From assembly GCA_025603075.1 (NCBI GenBank), contig MU626377.1, positions 1 to 64,000 of the forward strand: 64,000 nucleotides of DNA, in the 5' to 3' direction. This document shows, piece by piece, positions 62,183-64,000 of this stretch (position 1 is its first letter; every line of letters begins with the position of its first letter). This DNA is from Neoconidiobolus thromboides FSU 785 (taxonomy: Eukaryota > Fungi > Entomophthoromycota). The notes beneath the pieces were generated by a model. It did no database searches, was not told the origin of the DNA, and was given only the letters and a program-made list of their open reading frames with translations. The position numbers and the translations under genes are program-made.

Positions 62183-62493
62183 TTAATACAAAATAAGTAG
62201 CTCGAAGAAACAAAATTTACTTTAATAATAAAGCAAAAAACAAATTATTTGAGAAAAATGCCAATTAAATTAAGTAAAATTGACTAGCATTAACCCTGGT
62301 TTTAATTCTTAATTTAACTATTAATATTTTTACAAATATAGTGATTTGTTATATATATAGCAGTGTTTTTTTAATTGAAATAGTGTAATAAACTACAAAG
62401 TAATTTTTTTTAAAAATTCCAACTAATATTGTAAATAAAGCTTTATTTTCATAAGTATTAAATAATTTTTTTAAATTCAAGGTTCAAAAGATT

Positions 62494-62597
62494 ATATTGG
62501 GATGTTTTCTTTGTTTCATTGCTTTTTTCATTTTTTAAGCGCTATTTGAGTGCAAAGATTGTTAGTAAAATTATTAAACAAAAAACATATCCTTATT
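62494..62597 (-). mobile_element. MITE family M copy
   Basis: ATATTGGGATGTTTT...AAAACATATCCTTAT. Confidence 0.8.
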
Positions 62598-63006
62598 TTA
62601 TTTGTTACACGTAATACGTTAAGGAAGAGTAAAGTGGAGTCAGGATTAGCCTAGGACAATTATTAAAGAAAGAAGTGGATTTAAAAATGAAGTTACTCAT
62701 GGCAGACATCAAGAGAACATAGGATAATATAAGGTGATTGAGTGGACTTTGTTAAGAGCTCCTGAGGATGGTACACTCGACCTCCAAATAAATGATCCTG
62801 AGACACTCAGTAAATAGAGAAGCACGGGAAGATTTGAACAAACATTTATAACCTTATAATTGCTTTAAATATTTTTAGTTGACTTCAAAAGTTATAGTTT
62901 TATTCAATATTGAATAAGTTTATTAAAATAAAAAACTACAGATTCATTAAGTAAACTTTGTTTTAGTTCAAGGTTTACTATCTTGTTATAAAGCACTAAT
63001 GATAAA

Positions 63007-63103
63007 ATATGAGGATGTATTTTTAAGGATTTTACCAATAAATTTTCCACTCAAATAGCGCTTAAAAAATGGAAAAAGTGGTGAAACCAAAAACACCCCA
63101 TAA
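63007..63103 (+). mobile_element. MITE family M copy
   Basis: ATATGAGGATGTATTTTT...AAAACACCCCATAA; about 50 bp past the stop of the edge GPCR. Confidence 0.85.
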
Positions 63104-63153
63104 ACTTAATAATTTGAACTTTATTATGTAGTGAGTAAACTTTAGACATGTTA

Positions 63154-64000
63154 TTATAAAGTCCTAATAAATTTTTTTAGAGCAGTGTCTTCATTATTGA
63201 AATTTCCATCTTCATGGTTTGTACTATTTTTGTCAATCCCACCGCTAAGATAAATTCCTTGAAAATTTAAATTACTATATATTACTAAAATTTGGTATCA
63301 TAGTTACCTTCGTTATGATCCTTATCAGCGTTCAAATCTTTCTTTAATACAAATCTATAATAAAGTGATTTAAAGGCTTCATGAATCGTAGGGTCTAAAC
63401 AGAAAGCAATGAAATTAAGCGACCCAGCTAGTGATGATCCCATTATAGACCAGTTTTTTAGATATAGGGGACGTGTTCCATTTATATCAAAGTACGTCTG
63501 TGAAACAACAACACCAGTATGGGTGAATATCATAATAGCTGGGTACAAAATGCTAAAAAAGTTTTAATCAAAAGTTTAATTTTTTTTACAATGTTTACAT
63601 TCTATAGCCTAATTGTTTTACATATTTTACAGCTTTTACAGAAGCATCAGAACCAGTAGAAAAACCTTGATTTTGGATGGTATTGATGTTTTTTGACAAC
63701 CTTAGCAGTACTAAAATAACTACAATAAGGAGGTAAACCATTACAACTATATAGGTGAGCTGAAATACTAATAAATCAAAAATTTTTGCATCGCTTGCAT
63801 TAGCAATAACAATATAACATCCTTGATCTTTAGCATACCCGAGCTTACCAAGAGCTATTCATAAAATGTAAATAAATTTATAATGCACTAATTATATACC
63901 TAATGGGATCGTTGCACATATAAATGCTACTGTCAAAGATATAGCCCAATAAGCAATTTCTATCCATTTAGTAACAGCCTTATTATGAAGAAATGTTCGT
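63154..64000 (-). CDS. cAMP-receptor/Git3-like GPCR, paralogue 3 (5' part outside the window)
   Basis: YPAIMIFTH...GSLNFIAFCLDPTI matches TM6-7 of the 25-28 kb pair; last exon ends ...LKKFIRTL*; LGKLGY...GCYI in ECL2. Confidence 0.75.

Noticed and set aside
555-63103. Recurrent ~100-bp repeat read as a CRISPR array or ncRNA/tRNA gene
   Set aside because: Dispersed, in both orientations, with no regular spacers, no cas genes and no tRNA cloverleaf or box A/B. TIRs, ATAT flanks and an empty site indicate a MITE.

Overview
Very AT-rich eukaryotic DNA with short GT-AG introns, from a fungus. An early-diverging lineage such as Entomophthoromycotina (Conidiobolus-like) is inferred from the gene families and composition, not proven. 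Intact genes: cohesin SCC3/STAG divergent from polynucleotide kinase/3'-phosphatase, a GST, ARG1 convergent with MEU1, four MATE transporters (one cut by the window edge), three cAMP-receptor/Git3-like GPCRs (one cut by the edge), a class A-like GPCR, a CENP-B/pogo-type HTH protein without a DDE domain, two Tyr/Asn-rich small secreted proteins, an Osh3-like OSBP, a Zn2Cys6 factor, an NADP-dependent alkenal reductase and an NmrA-like reductase. Pseudogenes: two lipases, a GST and a chitin deacetylase. The intergenic space holds about 33 copies of a ~100-bp MITE (GGGGATGT...ACATCCCC ends). A paralogous empty site in the window shows that each insertion adds 4 bp (ATAT), and the element also inserts at the ends of its own copies to build palindromic dimers. 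There are also four copies of a ~465-bp TG...CA solo-LTR-like repeat and a decayed transposase-like ORF that may be the MITE's partner. The most notable observations are the self-targeting MITE with its candidate Sola-like transposase relic, an inverted GPCR pair whose extracellular loops are homogenised while intracellular parts diverge, the Tyr/Asn-rich secreted peptide pair, and a possible RIP-like C>T/G>A decay of duplicated sequences. No rRNA, tRNA or CRISPR array was seen.
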